64,000 nt of DNA, taken from Phoronis australis. Its lineage: Eukaryota; Animalia; Phoronida. Shown piece by piece: positions 13,281 to 25,914 of this stretch. The stretch lies in contig NMRA01000694.1 in the NCBI GenBank assembly GCA_002633005.1, forward strand, positions 123,742-187,741, given 5' to 3'. The position numbers and the translations under genes are program-made. The notes below the pieces were generated by a model. It saw only the letters and a program-made list of their open reading frames with translations, had not been told where the DNA came from and made no database searches. Every line of letters starts with the position of its first letter. Positions within the stretch are counted from its first letter, which is position 1.

Positions 13281-14054
13281 GACCTCCGGCATACCACGGA
13301 CAGAGGAACAACTGTCCCACTTGCCAGAGTGTCCCGCGACACACTCCCACTGGATGGTGACCTGAGCACCCAAACTGCTTACAGACGTGTCGTGTGACTC
13401 CCTCGCCACACACCTGGCACCTTCTAAATAGCTCCAACACTTTAGACAAGTCCACAATAAACTTATCAAAGTTTGGCTCACCGATCTGTTCACTGGACGA
13501 CGAACTGTCCTCTTCACTGGGTGTCGAACTGAGCCTGTAATCACTCCCACTACTCAATATCGCTGCAGGGCTGCTTAGAGGCTCTGGGCTGGAGAAAACA
13601 GCACAGGGCGAATCACTACTGGTTCCAGGAATTGCAAGCTCTGGGGTACGTTCGGAGGCACGGGTGACAGTAGATGAAGTGCCTCCACTGGCTCCAGTCA
13701 CTGTACTGGCCACAGCTCGCGAGGCTTCTCGCTTCAAAAACGCACTTCTCGGGGGTGGCGACGGGGCACTGCCGGGAATAAACACAGATGAAATGGCATC
13801 CTTCTTCAGACGTTGTTTCGCAGGGACCTTCATCAGTTCAGCGTACAAAATCCCTTTCGTAATCGGACGGCAGAAAGTGCTTGCCGCTGCTCCACTGCTT
13901 TGTACGTTGCGTGGACGGGTAACGCTGCATTCTTCACACGAACGAGCCAAGTACGGCAAAGTGTGTCATCCATCGGAAAGCGATGCAAAGGTACGCCCAA
14001 AGCGCGCGTGAGCCGATAATTAGTACATCCTGGTACGCAGCAACAGTGTGGCAT
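13261..14054 (-). pseudogene. Kolobok transposase N-terminus (THAP domain, acidic linker, Cys/His region), frameshifted and truncated before DDE
   Basis: MPHCCCVPGCTN...LHRFP.D..LCRTWL..VKN, then KHF and LKKDAISSVF in shifted frames, then KFIVDLSKVLELFRRCQVC and WECVAGHSGKWDS. Confidence 0.85.
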
Positions 14055-15392
14055 GTTGACTGACTAGTAAATGAAAGCAAACGACGACAGAACTTAACAC
14101 AACCGAGGTAGAACAATGACTGACTCGGCAGCTCTCACAGTCAGACTATATGAAAAGAAATTGGCGCGAAATGCTTGCCTCCTAAAACGTCACTTCCGGA
14201 GTAGCAGACCAGTAATTAATAAAATTACGAAAAGCTGTAATTAAGTGGAAAATATGTCTAGGATAACCAACCAACCTTATTTTAGCTCAAAATGACATGG
14301 AAAAAGGTTGCCTTCGCCTTTAATGAGATGACGCTATCTCACCGTTTTCAGATGGATTCTACCTAGTTTGCGCCATCTAGTGGCCATTTTTACTGTTTTC
14401 GAGTCTGTTATTTGGCATCCGCTCGTCTATCAACCAAACCGCTTTCAGGATAATTTTGAAAATTTGCACTATTGTATGATTTTACTATGATGTGAACGGC
14501 TGACGACGATATTTCGACGAGTTCGACTACTGTGGCTCCTTAGTGGCAGTTTATTTTGCGTTCATGGCTGTATCTATTAAACCGTTTGCAGGATCTTTAC
14601 TTAATTTAGCAAGAATATAGGCATCTATTGGTTAGGTGACACTATTATCCTGTTTTTGGATGGAATTGAGGTTTTTTGCACCCCTTGGTGGCCATTTTTG
14701 CAGTTTTCAAATATTGTTTTTAGCGTCCACTCCTCGATCAACCAAATCATTCTAGGGATGGTTTTGAAAATTGACGTATATGTTTTGAGTGTGAAGATGA
14801 CGTTTGATGATGGCGACTGACTACTGTGGCGACATTGGGTTTATCACCCTGTGGGCATTTTTGCCTGCTGTGAGCCGTACTTCACTCTTAAACCGTGATT
14901 CAGTGAAAGGCTATAATTACCACTCACAAATGTCAGCTCTGAAATCAGGACTGTCTGAGGCTCTTCCTCGGCTTCACTCGTTGAAGATGCTGTTGTGAGA
15001 GGTTTGAGTTCGTATAGCCTCAAACATGCAGTCTGGTGATATGGCGAGGTGTACTTCATTACTTGTTTCGCCCTGTCGATTTCACTTCCATCTGCATGTC
15101 TGTCTTCATAATACTTGTCAAACTCACCATCTAAGTCTTCGTAACATAAAAAATCACTCTCTGCCATTGTATATAGGCTGTCAGCTGTGGTCACCGTCTT
15201 CCACTGATTGACATCATGTGTAGGATAACCAAAAAATCATTTTTTTAAATTTAAAATTCCTCAATTACTCACCAAAATACGTTTTTCTTTAGTTAGATTT
15301 TATGTTATTAGATTATTATACATGGTCTAAAACCTCAAAAAATGCAATGCTATCATGACTCTAAAACGCTGTTACGGTTTTATGCCAAATTA

Positions 15393-15648
15393 CCGTAAAC
15401 GTTTGGGTTAACGCCCTGGGCAGTTAAATTGGCAAACCCAAAAAATCGGGGGTGGGCGGTTAACCAGACATGGGCGCTTAAACGTGAAACTTCAAAAAAT
15501 GCAGGGTGGGCGGTTAACCGAACATGGGCGCTTATTACGACAGGCAAGCACCCTGGGCGGTTAATCTTACCTCGTGATCTACAGTAAGTACCCACACCAC
15601 ACACGTAGGCCTACTCGGAACGCGTAGCACTTTTCAAAGAGCGTTATC
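15393..15648 (-). mobile_element. Truncated end of the pogo/Tigger-like element (inverted copy of ~54265-54512)
   Basis: TA|CCGTAAACGTTTGGGTTAACGCCC terminus. High identity to the reverse complement of the right end of 52067-54512. Confidence 0.85.
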
Positions 15649-16319
15649 CATGCTATGAACAGTCCCACTAAATAAGATTGGTCCTAACCCCGGTCGTCAA
15701 GGTAAACGGTGGGGTATGGAAAATTGAACTAGACCGTATTTATCCACCTTGGCTGAGTCGCGCTCGGCTCACTATCAAAGGGATGCCGCCAAGCTGCTCT
15801 ATTCATCGAGTCACGAGCGAGGATAATTGGCTTCGCTCATGCGGATAGGATCAGCTGATTACAATCTACCTAGCAGACTGTACTTTTTACGAAGAGAGTT
15901 ACAAGTAGTTTTTACTGTAATATTTGAAAAGAGGAGCGAAAACAAATATGAGTACAACTTTGAATTTTTCAAATCGGCCCAGGATAAGAGATTTTGCAAC
16001 ACAGCAACACTCGCGATTACTTTCATTCGGCGCGCACTAATACAAAAATATAGGACCCAAGTTATTTAGATTGTGGAACACATGCATTGCAATGTTCAAA
16101 ATACTTTTATTATGAATCTTACAAGCTGGAAAACGATGTTGTTTAATTTCATTATGCTCATTCATTGCCATCCGTCAAATCGGAAATTTCCGAGATGTGA
16201 TCTGCGGCGTGCGCGTATGTGTACAAAACACGTGATGTTATGTTCCTGAAGTACGAACATTAAGAAACTTTAGCATGCCGTTATTATTGACAGGGACACA
16301 ATAAAACAAATTTGGATTT

Positions 16320-16795
16320 TGACTATAGAACATACATGCCAATTTTCACAATCATACTTATAGCGGTTTGGTTGATAGAGGGGTGGACGCCAAAAAACAA
16401 ACTCAAAAAAAGTAAACATGGCCACTGGGTGTCGCAAACTATGTCGAATCCATCTGAAAACGGCAGGATAGTGTCATCTCACTAATAGGTGACTACATAC
16501 CAAATTTCATGAAAATTCACTCAGGACTTTTGAAGATACAAAGGTAAGCATAAAAAACTAAAATTGCCACTAGGGGGCACACCGGTAGTCGGATTCGTCC
16601 GAAAGTTCGCACATGCCGTCCCATTCATGAATGGAACACGTGCCAAATTTCATGAACGTATGTCAAAGGACTTTGGAGATAAAGCAGGGGACGCCGGAGG
16701 GACGCCGCCTGGACGGACGGACGCCGCCCGGACGGACGGACTGACGGAGATGACAACATAATGCGTCCAGATATAAATATGTGGGCGCATAAAAA
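16320..16795 (-). mobile_element. HINE family A copy (minus strand, 3' truncated)
   Basis: Reverse complement of 23984-24460, including ATGTGGGCGCATAAAA and (GGAC)n. Confidence 0.85.
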
Positions 16796-17998
16796 AAATG
16801 AATTAGTTTTTGATGTGGACCTCTAGTATACGCTATGTCTGTAGAATTAGAGAGAGCTCATTTTGAAGTTGTTCAAACATAATTATTTGGATTTATGAAG
16901 CTTTAAAAAAGAATTTGAGTTATTTTTGTAAATACCCTATTTTTGCAACTACCACACCAGACTTGTAATCTTTTGTAACCATACCACAGCTTAGTGATCA
17001 TGCTACGTTCAAAATTAAATGAAAGCTACCTTTATGCAATGGAACTACAAAATATGCGAAGTTCATCAGAAGGTAGGCCGAACTTAAGTGTCTTCATGGT
17101 GCAAACGGACAATTCCAAGCATTAATTTGACTTAGACACAGCCCTAGACCTACCGGAGGTAACTGTTTGCCTAGGACGAGATGAGTGTGCATCTGAGTTA
17201 TGAACCTGAGTTTTTTAATCAAAATATTTTGTTACAAGATTAGAAAAGCGTAAACAATGCTATCGAGTCGACCTAGTCAGAGACTTTAGTACATGTGTGG
17301 TCTGTAATCTATGACCTACTTTACTCCAGGAGTCACACCACTTGTGACCTACTTTTCCTTCAGCGAAATTTAGCAGACGACAGAATAAAAATGTCAGTGA
17401 ATCTTCACTGATTTTGTTCGAAAGATCCTGAAATCTATGGAATCGTACAGACAATTCGACTTTAAGGTACATACTCAGCTACATGAACATATCATATCTG
17501 TGGCCTTGTCATTTTTCAGGAAGGTGAACCCCGAGGGGTTGTTCGGATTCAGTTTCGCTGGCTCTGATCGATCGAACACTTATTTTTCATTGCCACCTTC
17601 ACAAATTCCCATATCCTGAACGTACGATTCTCAGTTGAAAAGCATCGCCTGTTGTCTTTTTCGAAGCGTTCAAATAGTGCAAAAAACACTCATCGATTCC
17701 ACCAAGAACATCGTTTAGCGACCGTGTATTTGCCTGTGACATGTTGTTGGTTTGTCGGGTATCACGTAACTTTTCTCATAGGGGCGGGGCTTGCGAAAGG
17801 TCAATCCCTAATTGATTTTGGGGTCTAATATCGAGCTCATTCTTCTCTGAGAAGTATTGAAAAACCACAAAACTCAACTCAACATGACTAAAAATTCCCC
17901 TCGATTTGAAAGAGCACAAAAGTTAGTTTTGGCTACTTAAGGCATAGTCTGTGAGGGCCTGCAACATGATGGGGGTTCTATAGATGGAGATCGGGAGG

Positions 17999-18404
17999 NN
18001 NNNNNNNNNNNNNNNNNNNNNNNNNNNNNNNNNNNNNNNNNNNNNNNNNNNNNNNNNNNNNNNNNNNNNNNNNNNNNNNNNNNNNNNNNNNNNNNNNNNN
18101 NNNNNNNNNNNNNNNNNNNNNNNNNNNNNNNNNNNNNNNNNNNNNNNNNNNNNNNNNNNNNNNNNNNNNNNNNNNNNNNNNNNNNNNNNNNNNNNNNNNN
18201 NNNNNNNNNNNNNNNNNNNNNNNNNNNNNNNNNNNNNNNNNNNNNNNNNNNNNNNNNNNNNNNNNNNNNNNNNNNNNNNNNNNNNNNNNNNNNNNNNNNN
18301 NNNNNNNNNNNNNNNNNNNNNNNNNNNNNNNNNNNNNNNNNNNNNNNNNNNNNNNNNNNNNNNNNNNNNNNNNNNNNNNNNNNNNNNNNNNNNNNNNNNN
18401 NNNN
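17999..18404. other. Assembly gap
   Basis: Run of N. Confidence 1.
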
Positions 18405-18822
18405 AATAACTTGGGTCCTATATTTTTGTATTCGTGCGCGCCGATTGAAAGTAATTGTGAGTGTTGCTGTGTTGCAAAATCTCTTATCCTGGGCCGATTT
18501 GAAAAATTCAAAGTTGTACTCATATTTGTTTTCGCTCCTCTTTTCAAATATTACAGTAAAAACTACTTAAAACTCTCTCCATAAAAACTACAGTTTGCTA
18601 GCTAGATTGTAATCAGCTGATCATATCCGCATGATCGAAGCCAATTATACTCGCTCGTGACTCGATGAATAGAGCAGCTTGGTGGCATTCCTTTGATCGT
18701 GAGCCAAGCGCGACTCAGCCAAGGTGGATAAATACGGTCTAGTTCAATTTTCCAAACCCCACCGTTTACCTTGACAAGCGGGTTAGGACCAATCTTATTT
18801 AGTGGGAATGTTTATAGCATGC

Positions 18823-19954
18823 TTGTGGTAGTGGATGTGTTTACGACATGTATATGGTATTAATAACGGAGGACGACGACTTTCGGACAGATCTAACTAC
18901 TGGTGTGCCACCTAGTGGCAACTTTATTTTTTTACGTTTACCTCTGTATATTCAAAGGTATTCAACGTATTTTCATAAAGTATAGCATACAGGCATCTGT
19001 TAATGAGGTGACGCTATCTCACCATTTTCAGATGGATTCGATCTAGTTTGCGCCACCTAGTGGCTATTTTTACTGTTTTCAAGCCCTCTTTTTGGCGTCC
19101 ACCCCTCTATCAACCAAATCTATTGATGGTTTTGAACACTGACGTACATGTAAATGTTCTCAGTGTGAAGAGGACGTATGATGATGGCGACTAACTATTG
19201 TGGCGCCTCCTAGTGGTAGTTTTGTTTTGTTTTGCACCCATAGCTGTGTGAAGATAACAACAGACGTGGACAACTTTCAGGTGGATCCAACAGATTTTCT
19301 GCCCACTAGTGGCAATTTCATTTTATTCTGTTTTCCATTGTTTCTCTGAAGTTCCTTGACAGATGTTTATGAAATATGTTATGTTCCCGTTTTTTGGATG
19401 GATTGTACATTTTTGCGCCATCTAATGGCCATTTTTATGATACAAATTAATAACCCTAATAGCACACCATTTGCGATTTATTGGTGGGCACATTTCAACA
19501 CTCCGCGTTGCTCTTGTTACTGTTTTTGAGTCTGTTTTTGGCATCCACTTCTCTATCAACCAAAACCATCCTAAGGATGATTTTGAAGGTAGTCGTATAT
19601 GTTCTCAGTGTGATAAGGACAGTTGACGATGACAATTTTGAATTCTGTGGCGTCTCCTAGTGGTAGTTTTGTATGTCGCCCATAGCATTATTTCCTAAAC
19701 ACACTGCAGGATCTTTATTAAACTTAGTGAGGGTATTTATATGAAGTTAACAATAAATGACAACAACTTTCAGGCGTACGCTGTGCCCCTTCGTGGAGAT
19801 GGATTGGAAGTTTTGCGCCATCTAGTGGCCAAACAAATAAACAACTCTTGAAGCACACGTTTTGCGGTGCATTCTTGTTTGCATTTCAAGCCTCTGCATT
19901 GCTCTTGTATTTGCACTGTAATTGGGATGCCCAATACTCCACATTGCTCTTGTT
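18823..19954 (+). mobile_element. HINE family A internal units and repeated 3' ends
   Basis: Same ~150-bp units. 3' motif GGGCACATTTCAACACTCCGCGTTGCTCTTGTT at ~19485-19518 and further TTGCTCTTGT ends at ~19908 and ~19954. Confidence 0.75.
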
Positions 19955-20341
19955 TACGTTGTTCTTCCTAGGAAGGTCACTAGCATGTGGCTTTTAAGCG
20001 TCAGTGAAGAATCAAAGAATGTTCGAAATCAAGTATTTCTCTGTCAGCGTCGCCAACTCTACTTTGGAGTAAATTTTTGTAACAACTCATTGAAGTTTGT
20101 TAAATTGGCAAGCATGCATGCAACTAACGCTTTGGCCAAGAGAGTTTCAGATGTGATGTGAATGACACAGACTGCTGGGAGCATTCAGTAGTGTGCATTG
20201 ACCGTAGAACGTAGTTTTCATGTTCCTGATAAACCTGCAGCGTATAAGTAAAAAAGATGTTAGTTACTAATTCCGCAGTTGTAGAAATTCACACACAGCT
20301 ATCCTTAGTAATTAACATGGTATTTTGTTCACTGTTTTCAG

Positions 20342-20453
20342 CGATCTCGCAGTCTACAAAAAAACTTCACTACAAGCTACTGAATGTTGTTCATGACCAT
20401 CTTCTTGACAGCGATTTTGAAAAACTGAAGTTCCGCTGTGGAGAATGGATTAC
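20342..20453 (+). CDS. Roco-DED gene exon F: N-terminal half of death effector domain
   Basis: TTTTCAG| acceptor and AC|GTAAGG donor (phase 1 in, phase 2 out). YKLLNVVHDHLLDSDFEKLKFRCGEWI fits DED helices 1-2 (LL..+...L...D+..LKFLC.D.I). Confidence 0.85.
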
Positions 20454-21429
20454 GTAAGGAAATTCATTTTTTCATTCACAATGAAGGACCAAGTATTTGG
20501 GATGATTGTAACAATACATTGTTCAACAAGTAATATTTCAAATTAAAGTTTAACTGTAAAACTGTTATGATAACATTTTTATTCGTGAAGTGCACTTTAA
20601 GCAGGTAGATAGCAAGGATTTACTTGCGCTTTTAAACTGCAAAATTGTGTTTTTAAACCCAGCCATACTAAAATTTGATTCCTCTGCCTTAGTGTAATCT
20701 TATGAATAAAGATGACGCTGTATCTAAAATGATAATTCAGTTGACTTTATGCAGGGCTTTAGAAAAATGTTTAAATTTGGTTTGTAACTTAGGAACACCA
20801 TACTCACATACTGTGCTTTACTGCGCCTTTTAAAAATGCTGGTTGGAATTGTTTTCACATTATTCCATGGAATGCTGACTACAATTAAGTGAATGTTCCT
20901 TTGAAAATATGTTTTGATCATGAATTCACATACTCATAAAAATGTGGACCCGATGCGAATTGTTGTCACTCTCTGTATGCTGGTTAATTTCGAAAACCTC
21001 GTGGGGAATCTTTGTTAAAATTGGCAGGATTATGGATGATGACAGTTTGTATATTCAGACTGGTCTGACTGCTGCTGTGCCCCTTAACGGCAATGAGGAT
21101 TTTACATTTTCCTTTGTATTATTGGGATTTCATGGTATTCTTTTATGAAATTTTGTAAATAGGTTTCTGTGAAGGATTTGACATAAAGTTAACTGCACAA
21201 TCTAGTGACCATATTTATTATCGCCCTTGTACTTTCCACTCGAAAATTGGTAGTTGTGTTCCTCCTGAGAAGAGCTTGACGTCTGATTTTAAGAGACAAC
21301 ATCTTCACACTTGGAGATGCATTCATAATTATCAATGCTTCCTAGTGGCCATTATATTATTTATAAGTCTGTGGCATCTGCCTTTTCATCTTGAAGGATC
21401 ATTATGAAAATTGAGATGTTTTAAGATTA

Positions 21430-22390
21430 AGTAGGCTTTATCTTGGGAAGGAATATGAACTAAAATATTCGGGTACTTGACGACCTATTTTATTACATTG
21501 AGAAAGTTAGCAAACTCGATTGATGTTATTAATTGAGTTTGAGACAGCGATTCTTTAGCATGGGACTTCATAATCAAAACTCCTTCCTTTTTAATTTTGG
21601 TTGTTCCATTAAACGTTGGGTTGGGGTGTTTTACAAAAACATAAAATCGAGCATTATACTTAATGGACAACTGTCACGTTCATGGTTTAATATCTGACAC
21701 GGAGTTAGACAAGGTGACCCTATATTCCCCTATCAGTTTATTATTTGTGCTAAGGTAATAGCTCTTATGATCATCTGTGATAGTAATTATCAAGGGTATT
21801 AGAGTGAGCAGGGAGGAACTTTGTATTTCTCAGTATGCGGATGATACGTCTGTTAGATGGATATGAAGTTTTGTTGGCGTCTTTTGAAGGTTTTGAAAAC
21901 ATTTGCTGATTTCTCCAACCTTCACGTCAATACTGAAAATACAAAAGCTGTTTGGTTTGGTAGTAATGCTAACAGTCGGAAAAATTACTACTAATGAATG
22001 CCTGTCATGAACTAAACGGATTATATTTACTTGAAGTTGATTTTCAAGTCAACCTAAAGGACATGGCTGATCAGAATTATTTACCAAAGTTAAATCAGGA
22101 CACAATTCCTATTTAGAAATGGGTCAAGACCAAATCTCACTCCTTTTGGAAGGGTTTCTGTGATCAAATCTCAGGTTGTGTCAAAAAATATTCACCTTTT
22201 GTTATCCCCACCAAGTCTGTCGCAATATATTTTGACTGAACTTGGTTGCATTTTTTTCAATTTATTTGGCAAGGATGTAACAATAAAAGTAAATGCGCCC
22301 ATGCTGCTATAGCAAAGTAGATTTCAAAATGATCAATATTTTTAATTATTGTAAAGCTATTACATTAAAATGGGCAACTAAATAATAGCC
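21430..22390 (+). pseudogene. Decayed L1/Tx1-clade LINE reverse transcriptase fragment
   Basis: Frame-broken motifs GFILGRN..NIR, DSLAWDFI, FNFG.SIKRWV.VFYKNIKSSIILNG, GVRQGDP, ISQYADDT, KTKAVWFGS, LTPFGRVSVIKS, FIWQG. Confidence 0.85.
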
Positions 22391-22597
22391 AGTGTCAGAA
22401 TAAATATTGATTAAGTAATTAGTAAGAATAGATCCATTTTAAGTTGCCCAAACTTATGTGCATATGTACTTTTAAATCATGGGGTCAGACTTGTTGACGT
22501 GTACTTTAACGTCAAAATATATTTTTAGACGGTGTTTACAACTTCGGGTTCTGGGGTCAAAGTACTCTAGAGATTCTAGAAAATTCTGAGAACAAAT

Positions 22598-23227
22598 TGT
22601 AACAACCAATAATATGAGTGGATATGATCATGTGGTTTTATTAGCCAATCACTAAATAAGTAGAATGTTATATTATGGGCTGAAATCAACAAGATAATCA
22701 GATGCGCTATAGTAGTTGAAGCATAGGGACTTGCTACGGTGAACAGAAGCAATTGTATGACTGAGCCATCTCGTGGAAGATTCTAGAAAGGATCTTGGCA
22801 TGGGCAAGGGTTAACGAACAGGAAGTTAACTAAGAGCTTGTCACTTGCATCATGGGTAGTAAGATACTACCTGAAGTGTTGCATCACCAGAGACGGTGAC
22901 CAGCAAGTATACTGTTGCTATACAGTGTGTGTGTAGTTCGAAGATTCACCAACAGGACAGACATCCAACAAGTGGAGAGTCCTAGCTTGGATAGCAGATA
23001 AGACATTTGATTATTTGGGTTGATTGATTAAAGTATTCTTTAAAGAGGGCACTAGCGTAGTTACTTTTCTTTGTAGTTGATTACTTAATTAGTTATAATT
23101 TTCATTTGTCTAATTAGGGGTTATCATATAATAAATTAATTACTGGATTTGATTATTCACTTTCCATCTATGCACAATCTCAAAGCATAGCTACCTTTTA
23201 AACAAACCCACAGTCAATCGTCTGACA
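22598..23227. mobile_element. Possible solo LTR
   Basis: TGTAAC...CTGACA bounds with LTR-like composition. No TSD match and no partner in the window. Confidence 0.25.
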
Positions 23228-23983
23228 GCCAGTTTTTCTAAATAATCATCTCATTTGTTATATTCGTTGTATCCAGAAGTTCAAGGTTTTGCTAAATTTG
23301 GTGTTAATTTTTATAAACGTGAAATACCAAATATTTGTAGTCAATACTGGAAGGATTTTTTGAAACTCTCATCTTCCTTATCGGTGCAATAAAAATAGAA
23401 AACAGATTTTCTTAACCAGGCTCTGCGTATAATGATGATGCTTGCTGTCTGTTGAGACATTGAAACACCTTTTTCGGGAGTGAGCGTGCATGTAGGTTAA
23501 AAATTTCTGGACTTGTCTTAGCTGCCAGGTTAGTGAAAAGTGTGCTGGTTGCCATGTTGACACTCTCTCGTACAAAGCAGTAACCTTTGGTATTGGTAAC
23601 ATTACAGGAATTTCTGTCTTACATGTTATTACTTTTGGGAAACAATTAATTCTAAATGTAAAGGTGGAAACTTGCATGATAACACCTTTTTAAATTTCTT
23701 CAATGCTTATAATTACGATCCTGAATAGCTTGTAAAAGCTCAAGTATGTTAAACTTCAACAAAAATGGGGAAAATTTGGAACCTTTTTTGTGAAGTGGTG
23801 TGATTGTGGGTGAACTTGAGTGTGGCTGATGTTAGTTTTTGTTTCACATTTTTGCAACCATGACATATTGTACCGGTATTCTCAAATAGTAAATTCACAG
23901 CAAATGGTTGAAAAAAATGGTAGATTTGCTCCTTTTGAGAAGAACAGGAACAGGTTCGAGTGCCGTGTTCCTCCCTTCTGGCA

Positions 23984-24664
23984 TTTTTATGCGCCCACAT
24001 ATTTATATGTGGACGCATTATGCCGTCATCTCCATCCGTCCATTCGTCCGTACGGGCGGCGTCCGTCCGCGGGTGTCCGGCGTCTGGCGTCCACTGCTCT
24101 ATCTCCAAAACCCTTTGACATATGTTCATGAAATTTGGCACATATGTTCCATTCATGAATGGGACGGCATGTGCGAACTTTCGGATGGATCCGACTACCG
24201 GTGTGCCCCCTAGTGGCAATTTTAGTTTTTTACGCTTACCTTTGTATCTTGAAAAGTCCTGAACGGATTTTCATGAAATTTCGTATGTAGGCACTTATTA
24301 GTGAAATGACGCTATCCTCTCGTTTTCAAATGGATTCGACATAGTTTGCGCCACCTAGTGGCCATTTTTAGTGTTTTTGAGTCTGTTTTTGTGCGTCCAC
24401 CCCTCTATCAACCAAACCGCTCAAAGGATGATTGTGAAAATTGGCATGTATATGCTTACTATGTAGAAGACGGTTGACGATGATTTTCCGACTATTTCGA
24501 CTACTGTGGCGCCTCCTAGTGGCAGTTTTGTTTTTTTCGCAAAGTACAACATACTACATATATGCCCTCTACTGGCCACTTTATGGTACCAATAAACAAC
24601 CCTAGAAGGATACCGTATACGGTGCAATTGTGGGCGCATTTCAACGCTTTGCGTTGCTCTTGTT
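23984..24664 (+). mobile_element. Complete HINE/DINE-1-like element, family A reference copy
   Basis: 5' subterminal IR TGCGCCCACA in palindrome with TGTGGACGCAT, (CCGT)n microsatellite, three ~150-bp units, 3' subterminal IR TGTGGGCGCA and stem-loop CAACGC-TTT-GCGTTG. T-rich ends, no TSD. Confidence 0.88.
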
Positions 24665-24992
24665 GTGTTGGCAGGTGTATCTGATTGGCCCCTAACAGGA
24701 TGTTTGTGAATAGAGTTTGACAAGTGTTTTTTTGTGAATATGAACTTTCGGAAGAATCTTTCAACTGCTAATGTCTCCTACTCCTATTCGGAGTTCCCTA
24801 ACAGAATTTTATGAAATTTGGCAGATGATATTCAATTTTTGGACTAACTGGACACTGATTCCATATATTCTTCGGAGTTACTGTACAGATTTCCATGAAA
24901 TGTGACAAATAGATTCCTATTATGGAGACGGCATCTTAGGCTTTCCTGCATTTGGGCACTGATTCAGTATATATTCTGTACTACACCATTAC

Positions 24993-25914
24993 NCAAATGG
25001 GGGGAGGTCGGGAGGGGGGCAAACCCCCCTCCCGCCCAGGAAATTTTTCTGTTTTGACCTCTAAAAATCAAATATTTTCCTTGATTCCTGAAGTATTACC
25101 CAAGAAAAAAAGGCAAAAAAAAAAACACGGAGAACGTGTCAAACAGGAAAAACTGCAAATACCGAAGACTCGAACTCACGACCTTGCGTATAAAGCGCGC
25201 GTTCGTTACCACTACACCACCACGATTTGACTACTAATGTCATACTAAGAGACCTACTTGTTTATGGTCCACAGCGTTTGCGCGCGAAACCTACTTCTTT
25301 TTGTAATGCTTATTACACGTTTTGTGCCATCGATTCTTAACAAATTTGTCGTATTTAAAATAGTCTTAAAATGCCCAAAAGACCAAATCCGTTATTCGTG
25401 TTGGCAATAATGACCGGGGATTGCTTTGGAAATCGTCTTAACATAAAGTTTGACAAAGAGAGTATTGCGAGTTTCTGAGTGATTCACTAAGGCTTCTATT
25501 AAAATTCCCATCTTACCAGCAGCTTCTGTTTTTTCATCGTCACTCAGGTTCCATTTTCTTTAAAAAATGAAGTACATTTTCTTCATTGCACAGTGGAGCA
25601 GACGACGGAAACTGAGTCGTAGTGCGCAGCGCCACTGCCGGTCGCTTGGGATATCGCGGGAGAGCCTATACTTAGCCATAGTTCCGTTACGAATGCGCCG
25701 TGTTCCGAATTTGACACTTGAAATTGGATTTGAGCCCCCCCACACACTAAAACTGCACACATTTAAATCTTTTTTCATCCTTATACTTTTAATTACCGGG
25801 GTTAATTAATAAACTCAACATTTATTTCCCTACGCTCTTACTGTTTTATTTTTTTGCGGCAGCCAAGGGGGGGGGGCCCGGGCCCCCTGGGCCCCCCCCC
25901 TAAATCCGCCTATG
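24993..25914 (-). mobile_element. hAT-like MITE with 6-bp TSD (copy B)
   Basis: Reverse complement of most of 40566-41498. Terminus TAAATCCGCCTATG; CATTAC on both sides (24987-24992, 25915-25920). Left end hidden at N. Confidence 0.75.
25162..25224 (-). pseudogene. tRNA-derived (Val-TAC-like) sequence embedded in MITE
   Basis: GTGGTGTAGTGGTAACGAACGCGCGCTTTATACGCAAGGTCGTGAGTTCGAGTCTTCGG contains A box TGGTGTAGTGG and B box GTTCGAGTC. No acceptor stem. Confidence 0.55.

Larger units (their letters stand above)
12632..14319 (-). mobile_element. Kolobok DNA transposon, internally deleted (copy 1)
   Basis: TTAA TSDs (12628-12631, 14320-14323), AGG...CCT termini, ~160-bp TIRs, and convergent THAP-transposase and KolX remnants. 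The empty-site sequence GGCATCTGTTAATGAGGTGACGC is present in a paralogous unit at ~18992. Confidence 0.92.
11983..14840 (+). mobile_element. HINE family A copy interrupted by Kolobok element
   Basis: TTTTTATGCACCCACATA start, (CCGT)n microsatellite, and tandem units that continue on both sides of 12632-14319. Confidence 0.75.
15649..18821. mobile_element. Long-TIR foldback element (P/Galileo-like termini CATG...CATG), spans assembly gap
   Basis: 15649-16068 is a near-identical inverted repeat of 18405-18821 (at least 415 bp, cut by the gap). No TSD visible. Confidence 0.65.

Noticed and set aside
17978-18547. ORF-track ORFs of 141 and 189 aa
   Set aside because: They are artefacts of the N gap.
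23749-24764. ORFs recurring at 11966, 16564 and 23749-24764 (MPLGGTPVVG...)
   Set aside because: They are chance frames through non-coding HINE repeats, and frames are not conserved between copies.
25162-25224. Functional tRNA gene
   Set aside because: No acceptor stem, disrupted anticodon arm, and embedded in a MITE.
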